Source of the DNA: an uncultured Gemmatimonadota bacterium
GTDB lineage: Bacteria; GCA-2686955
Assembly (NCBI GenBank): GCA_964490075.1
Contig: CAZBBK010000065.1
Coordinates: 1 to 33,624 of the forward strand
Reading direction: 5' to 3'
DNA length: 33,624 bases
This document shows positions 1-11,944 of the stretch, in pieces (the first letter of the stretch is position 1; the number at the start of each line of letters is the position of its first letter). The notes under the pieces were generated by a model. The model was not told where the DNA came from. It saw only the letters and a program-made list of their open reading frames with translations, and made no database searches. A program made the position numbers and the translations under genes.

Positions 1-1220
1 GTAGCCGGAGCAGGCCTGGATCACGTCGTGCAGGGTGAAGCTGTTGAGCAGACTGTCGTCCTCGTCACCGAGAAAGCTCGAGATCTGGAAGTCCGGATAG
101 GTCTCGTTCCAGAGGCAGACCGCGCAGGGGTCCTCACCGTTCAGCGGATCGCAAGGAGAGCAGTCTGCCGGGGGGACGTCATTGCGGTACTTGTCGTACA
201 TGGTCTGGGCGAAGAAGCGCTTGGCTTCGGAAGGGACGTTCTCGCCTTTGGTGTCGGAGTACTGACAACCCATCACCAGCCAACGCAGCCACTGGCGTTT
301 CTTCCAACCGCCCGGTGCGGTGGCATCGTCCCAGAACCAATACGGCTCCTCGCTCAGGGTGACGGCGAAGACGTCCTTGCGGATGCCGAGCCCTTGCTCG
401 AAGTGGCCGTCGGTGTCGGGGTTGCCATCGGGCGGTCCCAGCGCCACCCGTGCCGCCCCATCGGCGACCTTCAGAAAGTCGTTGGTGAAGGGGTCAGGGT
501 AGGCGTACATGTAGATCTTGTAGCTGATCGGTGGCTCGCTGCAGTCGTGGTTCTTGATCTTGTAGTCGCCCTGGTCCTGATAGGGCAGCCCGAGCTGGAA
601 GTTGATCACCGGCGACCAGGGAAAGTAGATGTCGAGAGGCCCGTTGATGGTGTTGAAGAGGTCGTAGGAGTCCCAGAAAAACTTGAAGGTCATCTTTGGG
701 TCGTCTTCGCGAAGCGGGCAGTAGGGCGGGTCGCTACCATCGAGCATCGAAACGCAGACGGCGCTCTCCCAACTGGCCTCCGGGCCGCTGTCATCATCCG
801 CTCGAATCTCGTGGTAGACCCTCCAGCGCGACAAGAACGACCCGGCGTTGACGTTGTTGGCCCGCAGGCGCTGCACGACATCGAGCGCCCAGGCCTCAAG
901 TCGCTGGCGCTCGGTCTTGGCGCACGAGGAGTAGAAGTTTGTCAGGCAGTCGGGATCGTACTGCTCCAGGTACTCCCGCCAGACGAGCTGAAACTCGTTC
1001 TGGATCCGCCCCACACACCGGTGGGGATCCAGGGGTCGCCGAAGCCGTCGTGGAAGCGCCAGCGGTAGGTGCCGTCGACATCGTCGACGCTGACCGTGTG
1101 GTAGCCGGGAGGGGTTTCCCAGGCGAAAGCGCTAGGAATAGTACTGCTCACGGCACACAGGATGGCCCCGAGCACGAGAGCGCGAGAGCGCGAGAGCGCG
1201 AGAATCAAACATCGTCCCAA
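1..1220 (-). pseudogene. Putative secreted protein, frameshifted near 1009-1012, running off the left window edge
   Basis: The minus frame from ~1010 to position 1 has no stop (RIQNEFQLVWREYLEQYDPDC...DCSPCDPLNGEDPCAVC...IQACSGY). The signal-peptide-like N-terminus (ALVLGAILCAVSSTIPSAFA-WETPPGY) lies in a different frame (ORF 942..1220). One extra G in the GGGG run would join them. Confidence 0.6.
1175..1203. repeat. 8-bp tandem repeat (CGAGAGCG) x3.6
   Basis: cgagagcg cgagagcg cgagagcg cgaga read directly. Confidence 0.9.
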
Positions 1221-1428
1221 TCCTCGTCAAGTTGTTTTGACCAAAGCACTTGGCTCCGATCGCCCGGCTCTTTCGGGCGCTTCTCTTCGCCCGGTCTTCG
1301 AGCACGGGATTGAGGGTAGTCAGCGGTTTTGGCTCTCGCAAGGGGCTTTTTTTGCCGGCGTCTTGCTCTCACCCGTCCCACTCACTCGACCCACAGCACC
1401 CTTCTGAGGTCGAATGCCGCACTGCCGC

Positions 1429-1457
1429 TTGCCAACCAGACATTTGTCTGCTACCTT
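1429..1457 (+). promoter_or_regulatory. sigma70-like lexA promoter with a palindromic operator in the spacer
   Basis: TTGCCA (1429-1434), 17 bp, TACCTT (1452-1457). The spacer holds CAGACA-TT-TGTCTG (1437-1450). RBS AGGAGG at 1476-1481. Confidence 0.75.
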
Positions 1458-1485
1458 TCAAGCAGGTCCCGATCCAGGAGGAACC

Positions 1486-2154
1486 ATGGGCCGCACGCCC
1501 CCCGGAGAGACCCGGGCCAAGATTCTCGACTTCATGCGCAGTCGCATTCTGGCGGGAGAGCCCCCGACCGTGCGCGAGGTGCAACGGGCTTTCGGTTTTC
1601 GCGCGGTGGAGTCGGCGCGCGCCCATCTGCGCGAGCTGGTGCGCGGCGGGCTGCTGGTGCAGACGCCGGGGCTGGCGCGGGGCTACCGGCTGCCCGGGTT
1701 GCTCGGGCAGAGCACGCTTGCGCCGCTCGTGGGCCGGGTTCAGGCGGGGGGGCTCAGCGAGGCGATCGAGGATCCCGAGGGGTATCTCTGCGTGCAGCAT
1801 GCGGCGCCGGGGGAAGGACTTTTTGCGTTGCGGGTGCGGGGTCCGAGCATGCGCGACGCCGGCATTCTGGACGGCGATCTGGTGATCGTGCGGCGCCAGC
1901 CGAGCGCCCGGGCCGGGCAGGTGGTGGTGGCGCTGGTGGGCGACGAGGCGACCGTGAAAACTTTGCGCTTGCGGGGCGGGCGGGCGGTCTTGCAGCCCGA
2001 GAATCCCGACTTCGAGCCGATCGTGCCCGACCCCGCGGAGCTGCGGATCCTGGGGCGGGTGGTCGAGGTGCGGCGCCTGCTGGAAGAGCGCGGCGCCGCG
2101 GGTGGAGCCGCCGGGCGATCCACCGCGAACCGACCGAGGAGCAGTTCGTCATGA
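1486..2154 (+). CDS. lexA: LexA repressor
   Basis: HTH region PPTVREVQRAFGF, Ala-Gly cleavage site (GRVQAG), catalytic Ser (VRGPSM..AGILDGD) and Lys (EATVK). ATG at 1486 follows AGGAGG. Confidence 0.95.
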   Translation: MGRTPPGETRAKILDFMRSRILAGEPPTVREVQRAFGFRAVESARAHLRELVRGGLLVQTPGLARGYRLPGLLGQSTLAPLVGRVQAGGLSEAIEDPEGYLCVQHAAPGEGLFALRVRGPSMRDAGILDGDLVIVRRQPSARAGQVVVALVGDEATVKTLRLRGGRAVLQPENPDFEPIVPDPAELRILGRVVEVRRLLEERGAAGGAAGRSTANRPRSSSS

Positions 2155-2795
2155 GCCATGCCACCGCTTCGATTCAGCTACCCAAAGCGCTGCTCAGCGC
2201 GCGCCAGCTCCGGCTCGGCGCGCTGCCGCAAGAGGCGCCGGCGCAGTGGTGCTTCGCCGAGCTGACCGGGCGCCTCACCGAGCTTTCCGCGCTCGGCCCC
2301 TCCGCCACCTTGACCCTGGCCTTTCGGGTGCTGCTCGATGCCCAGTCCCAGGGCGAGACCGTGGCCTGGGTCGCGGCACGGTCCAGCACCTTCTTCCCGC
2401 CCGACGCGGCGCGCAGCGGGGTCGATCTGCGGGCGCTGGTGGTGGTGCGCGCGGCGGGTGTGCGCGGGGCGACGCGGGCCGCCGATCATCTGCTGCGCTC
2501 CGGGGGCTTCGGCCTGGTGGTGCTCGACCTGGGGCCCACGCCCAAGGTGCCGGTGGCGGCTCAGTCGCGCCTGCTGGCCCTGGCGCAGAACCACGGCGCG
2601 GCGCTGCTCTGCCTCACCGAAAAGGGGGCCCAGGTCGCTTCGCTCGGTTCGCTGGTCTCGCTGCGGGCCGAGACCCGACGAGAACGGGTCGCGGAGAACC
2701 GTTTTCGTTGCCAAGTCCAGGTTCTGAAAGACAAGCGCCGCGCTCCCGGCTGGAGCGACGCGGAGATCTACCGTGGCCCGGCTGGCCTGCGTTGA
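2151..2795 (+). CDS. imuA: ImuA (RecA-like mutagenesis protein)
   Basis: RecA-like motifs (GRLTEL, VAWV, FFPPDAARSGVDL, LLRSGGFGLVVLD). ATGA overlap with the lexA stop. Position in the cassette. Confidence 0.88.
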   Translation: MSHATASIQLPKALLSARQLRLGALPQEAPAQWCFAELTGRLTELSALGPSATLTLAFRVLLDAQSQGETVAWVAARSSTFFPPDAARSGVDLRALVVVRAAGVRGATRAADHLLRSGGFGLVVLDLGPTPKVPVAAQSRLLALAQNHGAALLCLTEKGAQVASLGSLVSLRAETRRERVAENRFRCQVQVLKDKRRAPGWSDAEIYRGPAGLR

Positions 2796-4380
2796 TCTGC
2801 CGGCCTTTCCCCTCCAGCTCTTGCTGCGGGAGCACCCCGAGTGGCGCGACCACCCGGCGGCGGTGGTGGAGCACGACCGGCCCCAAGGTACGATCCTGTG
2901 GGTCAACTCGGCCGCCACCCGGCTGGGGATCCGCCCCGGACTGCGTTATGCGGGGGGATTGTCGCTGGCCGCCGAGCTGCGCGCCGGAACGGTTTCGGAG
3001 CAACAGATTCGCCAAGGAGTGGACCAGGTCGCCGGGCAGCTTCGTCGCTTCTCCCCCGAGGTGGAGCCCTGCGCCGAGCTGCCGGGGGTGTTTTGGCTCG
3101 ACGCCGGCGGGCTCGGCCGCCTGCACCCCGATCTGCGGGTGTGGGGCGACCGGCTGCGGGCCCGGCTGCGGGCCGAAGATCTCTATGCGCTGGTGGTGGT
3201 GGGCTGGACCCGCTTCGGCACCTTCGCGGTGGCGCGCGGGCTGCGCCACGGCAGCGCCGACCGGGGCATCGGCAGTCGCGCCGCGGGGGGCAAGGCGCGG
3301 CCACGGCGCGGGCGCCCCGCGCCGCCTTCGGGCACCGTCGATCTGCCCGACCGCGGGCGCGAGGCGGCGCTGGCGCGGCGGGTTCCGCTGCAACGTCTGG
3401 CGATCTCGCCCAAGAGCCGCGACCTGCTCGAAAAGCTCGACGCGCATAACGTCGGCGACCTGCTGAAGCTGCCCGCCGGGGGCTTGCGAGAGCGTTTTGG
3501 TCCCGAGCTGCACCAACTCCACTGTCTGGCGCGCGGTGACGATCCGCTCCCTTTGCAGGGCCGCCCCCCCGATCCGCCGCTGGAGGCGCGCTGCGATCTG
3601 GAGCCGCCGGTCGCCAACATCACCGAGCTGGTGTTTCATTTCTCGCGCCTCTTGCATCCCTTGCTGGAGCGGCTGGCCGAGCGTGGCAATGCCCTGGCCG
3701 AGCTGCGGCTCGCGCTCACGCTGGAAGAGTCCCCGAGCTCGAGAGGCGACGCGCGGCGTCTGCGCGAATCGCTGCGCCCCGCCGTCCCCACCCTCGACGC
3801 GCCGCAGCTTCTGCACCTGATGCATCTGCGTCTGGAACGGATCGAGCTGGCGGCGGTGGTCGAGACGATCGCGCTGGCCGCCGAGGCAGTGGCGGCGACC
3901 GAGGAGCAGCTCCTGCTCTTCGTCGAGGCTCCGCGGCGCGACCTGGAAGCCGCCGATCGCGCGCTGGCCCGGATCCGCGCCGAGCTCGGCAACGACGCGG
4001 TGGTGCGGGCCGCGCCGCACGACGCCCATCTGCCCGAAGCATCGTTCCGCTGGGAGCCGGTCGATCGTGTGTCGCTTCCGATCCTCGCCGACGCCGACGC
4101 CCAGGGCGATGCCGCGCCGCGCACTCTGATCCGGCGCATCGAGCGGCACGCCCTGCTGCTCCCCCCCCGCCCGCGCATCGAGCCCGACGGCTGGCTGCTC
4201 GCCGAGCTGGAGGCCGGTCCGGTGGTCAAGAAGAGCGGCCCCTACCTGCTCTCGGGCGCCTGGTGGCACAACCTGATCCACCGTGAGTATCACTTCGCGG
4301 AGCTGCGCCGCGGCGACATCGTCTGGGTCTACTGCGATAGGCGTCGCAAACGTTGGTTCCTGCAAGGGGCAGTAGAGTAG
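2773..4380 (+). CDS. imuB: ImuB, Y-family DNA polymerase-like protein
   Basis: [12 protein letters not shown]-terminus, FSPEVE, FWLDAGG, C-terminal GPY..SGAWW...REY...WFLQG. Lies between imuA and dnaE2. Confidence 0.9.
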   Translation: MARLACVDLPAFPLQLLLREHPEWRDHPAAVVEHDRPQGTILWVNSAATRLGIRPGLRYAGGLSLAAELRAGTVSEQQIRQGVDQVAGQLRRFSPEVEPCAELPGVFWLDAGGLGRLHPDLRVWGDRLRARLRAEDLYALVVVGWTRFGTFAVARGLRHGSADRGIGSRAAGGKARPRRGRPAPPSGTVDLPDRGREAALARRVPLQRLAISPKSRDLLEKLDAHNVGDLLKLPAGGLRERFGPELHQLHCLARGDDPLPLQGRPPDPPLEARCDLEPPVANITELVFHFSRLLHPLLERLAERGNALAELRLALTLEESPSSRGDARRLRESLRPAVPTLDAPQLLHLMHLRLERIELAAVVETIALAAEAVAATEEQLLLFVEAPRRDLEAADRALARIRAELGNDAVVRAAPHDAHLPEASFRWEPVDRVSLPILADADAQGDAAPRTLIRRIERHALLLPPRPRIEPDGWLLAELEAGPVVKKSGPYLLSGAWWHNLIHREYHFAELRRGDIVWVYCDRRRKRWFLQGAVE

Positions 4381-4385
4381 TTGCC

Positions 4386-7541
<3,156 letters not shown>

Positions 7542-7584
7542 TGTTATGCTGCCGGGCCGCCTCCTCTGAACCCAAGGATCGACT

Positions 7585-8379
7585 GTGCTCTCCTGCATCC
7601 CTGCACCTCGGCTACGTAGCGCGCTGGCCGTCGCTCTCTGCCTGCTGGCGGAGCCCGGCGCCGTGGCCGATACCGTGCACGTGGCGGTGGCGGCCAATTT
7701 CCGCGCCACCGAGACACGCCTGGCCCAACGCTTCCGGGCAACGACCGGGCATCGGGTGGTCGCCAGCACCGGCTCGACCGGACAGCTCTACGCGCAGATC
7801 GTCCACGGGGCCCCTTTCGAGGTCTTCCTGGCGGCGGATACGTTGCGCCCGGCGCGCTTGGTGGAATCAGGGCACGCGCTGCGGGGCAGCACCTTCACCT
7901 ACGCCCTGGGCTCGCTGGTGCTCTGCTCGACCACGGAGATCGACTCGGGCGATGGCGCGGAGATGCTGCGAAGCGGGCGCTTTCGGCGCCTGGCGATCGC
8001 CCATCCCGAGACCGCCCCTTACGGCCGCGCGGCGCTGGAGACTTTGCGCCGACTCGGCCTCGAGGACGCGATGGCCGGGCGCCTGGTGCGCGGCGAAAAC
8101 GTGACGCAGGCCATGCACTTCGTGACCAGCGGAGCGGCCGACCTGGGCCTCGTGGCGCGGGCGCTGGTCTCCCGCGTGCCGGCGACGCGCATCTGGCAGG
8201 TGCCGGGCGACTTGCACGGGCCGATCCGCCAAGATGCGGTGCTGCTCTCCACGGCGGCGGTCAGGCCAGCGGCGCGCGACTACCTCGACTTCCTGGTCTC
8301 CGCCGAAGGACGCGCTCTGATCGCGTCCGCCGGCTACGACCTGCCGCCTCCCGCGACCCGGCCCGAGAGGCGCCCGTGA
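7585..8379 (+). CDS. modA: Molybdate ABC transporter substrate-binding protein
   Basis: Signal peptide, VAVAANF, GSTGQLYAQIVHGAPFEVFLAAD, APYGRAA, GENVTQA. Start codon uncertain. Confidence 0.93.
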   Translation: MLSCIPAPRLRSALAVALCLLAEPGAVADTVHVAVAANFRATETRLAQRFRATTGHRVVASTGSTGQLYAQIVHGAPFEVFLAADTLRPARLVESGHALRGSTFTYALGSLVLCSTTEIDSGDGAEMLRSGRFRRLAIAHPETAPYGRAALETLRRLGLEDAMAGRLVRGENVTQAMHFVTSGAADLGLVARALVSRVPATRIWQVPGDLHGPIRQDAVLLSTAAVRPAARDYLDFLVSAEGRALIASAGYDLPPPATRPERRP

Positions 8380-9044
8380 CGATCGACTGGGCACCGATCA
8401 CCCTCACGCTGCGCCTCGCGGCCACCACCACAGTCATTCTCCTCATGTTGTGCACGCCCCTGGCGTGGTGGCTGGCCCACACCCACGCCCGACTGCGCAC
8501 CGCGGTGGAAGCGATGGTCGCCCTGCCTCTGGTGCTGCCCCCCACCGTGCTCGGCTTCTACCTGCTGGTCGTCCTGGGGCCACACGGCCCGATCGGTGGT
8601 CCCTGGGAAGCGATCGGCGGCGACCGGCTGGTGTTCTCCTTCCCGGGCCTGGTGATCGGCAGCGTACTCTACTCCTTGCCCTTCGTGGTACAGCCGCTGC
8701 AGAACGCCTTCGCGGCGATCGGGGCGGGACCCCTGGAGGCGGCCGCCACCCTGGGCGCGGCGCCGGTCGACCGCTTCTGCAGCGTGGTGCTGCCACTGGC
8801 CCGCTCCGGTTTTCTGACCGCCGCCACGCTCGGCTTCGCCCATACCGTAGGCGAGTTCGGCGTGGTGTTGATGATCGGCGGCAGCATCCCCGGCCGCACC
8901 CAGGTGCTTTCGATCGCCATCTACGATCACGTGGAGGCGATGCAGTACGGCCAGGCTCACCTGCTCTCGGCCGGCATGCTGCTCTTCTCGTTCGCGGTGC
9001 TGCTGGCGGTCTACTCGCTGAGCCGCAGGCTGGACGGGCGATGA
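8376..9044 (+). CDS. modB: Molybdate ABC transporter permease
   Basis: LPLVLPPTVLGFYLL, EAAATLGA loop, FAHTVGEFGVVLMIGG. GTGA overlap with modA. Confidence 0.95.
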   Translation: MTIDWAPITLTLRLAATTTVILLMLCTPLAWWLAHTHARLRTAVEAMVALPLVLPPTVLGFYLLVVLGPHGPIGGPWEAIGGDRLVFSFPGLVIGSVLYSLPFVVQPLQNAFAAIGAGPLEAAATLGAAPVDRFCSVVLPLARSGFLTAATLGFAHTVGEFGVVLMIGGSIPGRTQVLSIAIYDHVEAMQYGQAHLLSAGMLLFSFAVLLAVYSLSRRLDGR

Positions 9045-10114
9045 ACGCGCGCTTCCACCTCGCGCTCGACGCCTTCGAGCTGGACGCCGCTTTCCGCGCA
9101 CCGGAGCGCGGGATCACCTGCCTGCTGGGACGATCCGGCTCGGGGAAGACCACCCTGCTGCGCTGCGTCGCCGGGCTGGAATCCCATGCCCGCGGCCACT
9201 TCCATCTCGGCGACCGTTGTTGGCTGGACAGCGAACGCGGCCGCTTCGTGCCCCCCCACCGGCGCCCGGTCGGTTTCGTGTTCCAGAACGCCAACCTCTT
9301 TCCCCATCTCAGCGTGCGCGGCAACCTGCGCTATGCCGAGCGGCGCGTGCCGCGCTCGCGGGAGCGCTTTCCCGTCGATCGGGCGATCGCGTGGCTGGGC
9401 CTGGAGACGCTGCTCGAGCGCCGTCCCGCGCGGCTCTCGGGCGGCGAACAGCAGCGCGTGGCGATCGCGCGGGCCCTTCTGCGGAGCCCCCGGCTGCTGC
9501 TCCTGGACGAACCCCTGGCCTCGCTCGACCACGCCGCGCGGCGGATCATCCTGCCCTACCTGGAACGGCTCCACGCCGATCTCGACATCCCGATCCTCTA
9601 CGTCACCCACAGCATGGGCGAGGTCGCCCGCCTCGCCGACCACGTGATCTGGATCGACGCCGGCCGGGTCGCCGCCGCGGGATCGCCGCGCGACATCCTC
9701 GGCCGCTTCGACCTGGCCGAGGCCACCCACGACGATCCGCTCAGCGTGGTCGACGCAAAAGTGCGCACCCACGACACGGGCGACCACATCTCGGAGCTGG
9801 ACAGCGCGCTCGGGCCGATCTACGTCAACGGCCTGGACCATCTCCTCGGCAGCTCGGTGCGGGTGCAGATCCACGCCCGCGACGTGAGCATCGCGCTCGA
9901 GGCGGAGGTCCACCACAGCATCCTGAACGCCTTCGAGATGGAGATCGTGCGGCTCGAGCCAGCCGGGCCGGGCCAGACTCTGGTCTACCTGGCGCTCGAG
10001 CGCAACGCGCCGCCGACGCTGGTCGCCAGGATCACGCGCAGATCGGCGGTCAGACTCGATCTGGAGCCCGGGAAGCGGGTGTGGGCACGGGTGAAGGCGC
10101 TGCGGGTCGATTGA
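9041..10114 (+). CDS. modC: Molybdate ABC transporter ATP-binding protein with TOBE/Mop tail
   Basis: GRSGSGKTT, LSGGEQQRVAIARAL, LLLLDEP, C-terminal SILN...ARITRRS...VWARVKA. ATGA overlap with modB. Confidence 0.95.
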   Translation: MNARFHLALDAFELDAAFRAPERGITCLLGRSGSGKTTLLRCVAGLESHARGHFHLGDRCWLDSERGRFVPPHRRPVGFVFQNANLFPHLSVRGNLRYAERRVPRSRERFPVDRAIAWLGLETLLERRPARLSGGEQQRVAIARALLRSPRLLLLDEPLASLDHAARRIILPYLERLHADLDIPILYVTHSMGEVARLADHVIWIDAGRVAAAGSPRDILGRFDLAEATHDDPLSVVDAKVRTHDTGDHISELDSALGPIYVNGLDHLLGSSVRVQIHARDVSIALEAEVHHSILNAFEMEIVRLEPAGPGQTLVYLALERNAPPTLVARITRRSAVRLDLEPGKRVWARVKALRVD

Positions 10115-10193
10115 CTGCGCCGCGACACACGATTTGACAGAGCAGACACAAATCCGCAACAAGAGTGGTGCATCATGTTCTGCACATACCAGA

Positions 10194-10412
10194 GGCGACC
10201 GATAGCCGAATGCGCTTTCCCCCCAAGCGCAGGACAGTTCTTCCCCCCGAACCGACACGGCTGGTCGCCCGCCGGAGCTCACCGCTTCCCCCCCAGCGGA
10301 GTTCCGAATCGCGCGCCGGTCGCTCCCCCCCAAGTGACCGGCGCGCCTGCGTTGGGTCGTCCAACCCACGCTCGCTCGGCTGTGCGATGATCGGTCTCTC
10401 TCACACCCGATC
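10194..10412 (+). ncRNA. Candidate structured RNA with four C-rich-loop hairpins
   Basis: Hairpins at 10211-10231, 10237-10252, 10273-10306 and 10311-10346 have loops UCCCCCC, UUCCCCCC, UCCCCCCC and CCCCCCCA. An enclosing stem (10194-10208 with 10258-10269) and two more hairpins follow. G-U pairs favour the + strand. Confidence 0.65.
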
Positions 10413-10436
10413 CCCCTTCCCCCGACGCCCAGCGCA

Positions 10437-11168
10437 GTGGACCCGCCGATCCAACCGTCCGCTCCCACCCCCGCCCCCGAGCCCGAGCCCGAGGGCTGGG
10501 TATTCGACGAGGTGAGCCGGATCGAGAACGGGCGCGCGCTGCTCCACGACATCTCGCTGCGCATCGCCTGGAACGAGCGGGTGGTGCTGACCGGGCCCTC
10601 GGGCAGCGGCAAGACCACCTTGCTGCGCCTGCTGCCGCGCCTCGACGACCCCGACGGCGGCGAGCTGCGCCTCCAGGGCCGGCCGCTGAGCGCCCACGAG
10701 CCGCGCGGCCTGCGGCGCCAGGTGCGCTACATCCCGCAGCATCCGGTGGCGCTGCCGGGCAGCGTCGCCGACAACCTCGAGTGCGCGGCCAGGCTCGTGC
10801 GCAGCACCAGCTCCAGGACGCGGATGGAGTCGCTGCTGGCCAGCTTGAGGCTCGACCCCGATCTGCTCGACGCCAACGTGGAGCGCCTCTCGGGCGGAGA
10901 GCTGCATCGGCTGGCGGTGGCGCGGGCGCTGATGGCGGCGGGCGCTTCCCCCGGAGGCGCCTTCTTCGTGCTCGACGAGCCGGCCGCGCATCTCGATCCG
11001 GAGAGCGCGCGCGCGATGCTGGCCACGGTCGCCGACGCCGGCGGCCTGCTGGTCGCCGACCACCACGGCCTGGCCCACGACCTGGTCGGCCGGGCGGTGC
11101 GGATCGAGAAGGGACGGATCGTCGCCGACCGGCCGCTCGGCGAAGGAGAGCGATGCAGCAGGGCCTGA
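10437..11168 (+). CDS. ABC transporter ATP-binding protein (FetA/YbbL-like)
   Basis: GPSGSGKTT, LSGGELHR, VLDEPAAHLD. Paired with a UPF0014 permease. Start uncertain. Confidence 0.85.
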   Translation: MDPPIQPSAPTPAPEPEPEGWVFDEVSRIENGRALLHDISLRIAWNERVVLTGPSGSGKTTLLRLLPRLDDPDGGELRLQGRPLSAHEPRGLRRQVRYIPQHPVALPGSVADNLECAARLVRSTSSRTRMESLLASLRLDPDLLDANVERLSGGELHRLAVARALMAAGASPGGAFFVLDEPAAHLDPESARAMLATVADAGGLLVADHHGLAHDLVGRAVRIEKGRIVADRPLGEGERCSRA

Positions 11169-11944
11169 TCGTTCCGACCCCGGTCGACCTTGCGCTGGCG
11201 GCCGCGCTGGTGTTGGGCAGCGCCGCGCTGCTCTGGCTGCGGCGCGTGGCTCTGGCCCGCGGTCTGCTGATTTCCGCGGCGCGCTGCGGCGTGCAGCTCC
11301 TGGCGGTCGGCTATCTGCTGAACGCGGTGTTCGGCCTCGACTCGGCCTGGGCGGTGCTGGCGCTGCTGGGGGCGATGATGGCGGTGGCGGCGCAGACGGT
11401 GACTTCGCGGATGCCCGACACCGGCCTGGGACTGCTCTGGCAGGTCGGTGCGGCGTTGGCCTGCGGGACCGTTCTCACGCTCTTCTTCGCCACCACCGTG
11501 GTGCTGGCGGTGGAGCCCTGGTTTGCGCCGCGCTACCTGATCCCGCTCTTCGGGATGCTGCTCGGCAACAGCCTCAACGGGGCCACCCTGGCCGCCGAGC
11601 GGATCGACGCCGAGGTGCGGCGCCGCGCGCCCCAGATCGAGACCCTGCTCTGTCTGGGGGCTTCGTCCCGCGAGGCCGGCGCCGAGACCGCGCGCGCCGC
11701 CCTGACCGCCGCCCTGCTGCCAACCGTCAACGCCATGGCGGTGGCCGGTGTGGTGGCGTTGCCGGGCATGATGACCGGGCAGATCCTGTCGGGGACCGAA
11801 CCGACCGTCGCGGTGCGCTATCAGCTCTTGATCTGGCTGCTGATCGCAACCTCGGTGACGGTGTCGGCGGTGCTGCTGGTGTCGCTGCGGCTGCGACACC
11901 ACTTCACGGCTGCTCATCAGCTTCGCCGGCCTCGGCGATCGTGA
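11153..11944 (+). CDS. UPF0014/FetB-like ABC permease
   Basis: R..VQLLAVGYLL, RYLIPLFGMLLGNS, LPGMMTGQILSG..P..AVRYQ. ATG at 11153 follows GGAG. Confidence 0.88.
   Translation: MQQGLIVPTPVDLALAAALVLGSAALLWLRRVALARGLLISAARCGVQLLAVGYLLNAVFGLDSAWAVLALLGAMMAVAAQTVTSRMPDTGLGLLWQVGAALACGTVLTLFFATTVVLAVEPWFAPRYLIPLFGMLLGNSLNGATLAAERIDAEVRRRAPQIETLLCLGASSREAGAETARAALTAALLPTVNAMAVAGVVALPGMMTGQILSGTEPTVAVRYQLLIWLLIATSVTVSAVLLVSLRLRHHFTAAHQLRRPRRS

Noticed and set aside
28-1068. 346-aa plus-strand ORF
   Set aside because: Codon-aligned antisense shadow of the minus-strand gene; Val/Gly/Leu-rich with no motifs.
1261-1390. Hairpin CGCCCG-N7-CGGGCG plus a pyrimidine tail, and a loose stem at ~1303-1376
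   Set aside because: No upstream + strand gene to terminate; the long stem relies on many G-U pairs and resembles no family I recognise.
10166-10184. TGGTGCA...TGCA as a sigma54 promoter
   Set aside because: GG-to-GC spacing is 13 nt rather than the required 10.
10211-10346. C-rich repeats as a CRISPR array or minus-strand G-quadruplex
   Set aside because: Repeats are too short and irregular and there are no cas genes. Each tract is a hairpin loop with + strand G-U pairs, which the RNA model explains better.
10165-10515. Small ORFs (10165..10515, 10175..10390) with repeated FPP/PP motifs
   Set aside because: The Pro repeats are a by-product of the C-rich hairpin loops; no convincing RBS or protein-like composition.
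11904-11944. 41-bp 3' overlap of the FetB-like gene and yigZ
   Set aside because: Short convergent overlaps are common in GC-rich genomes.
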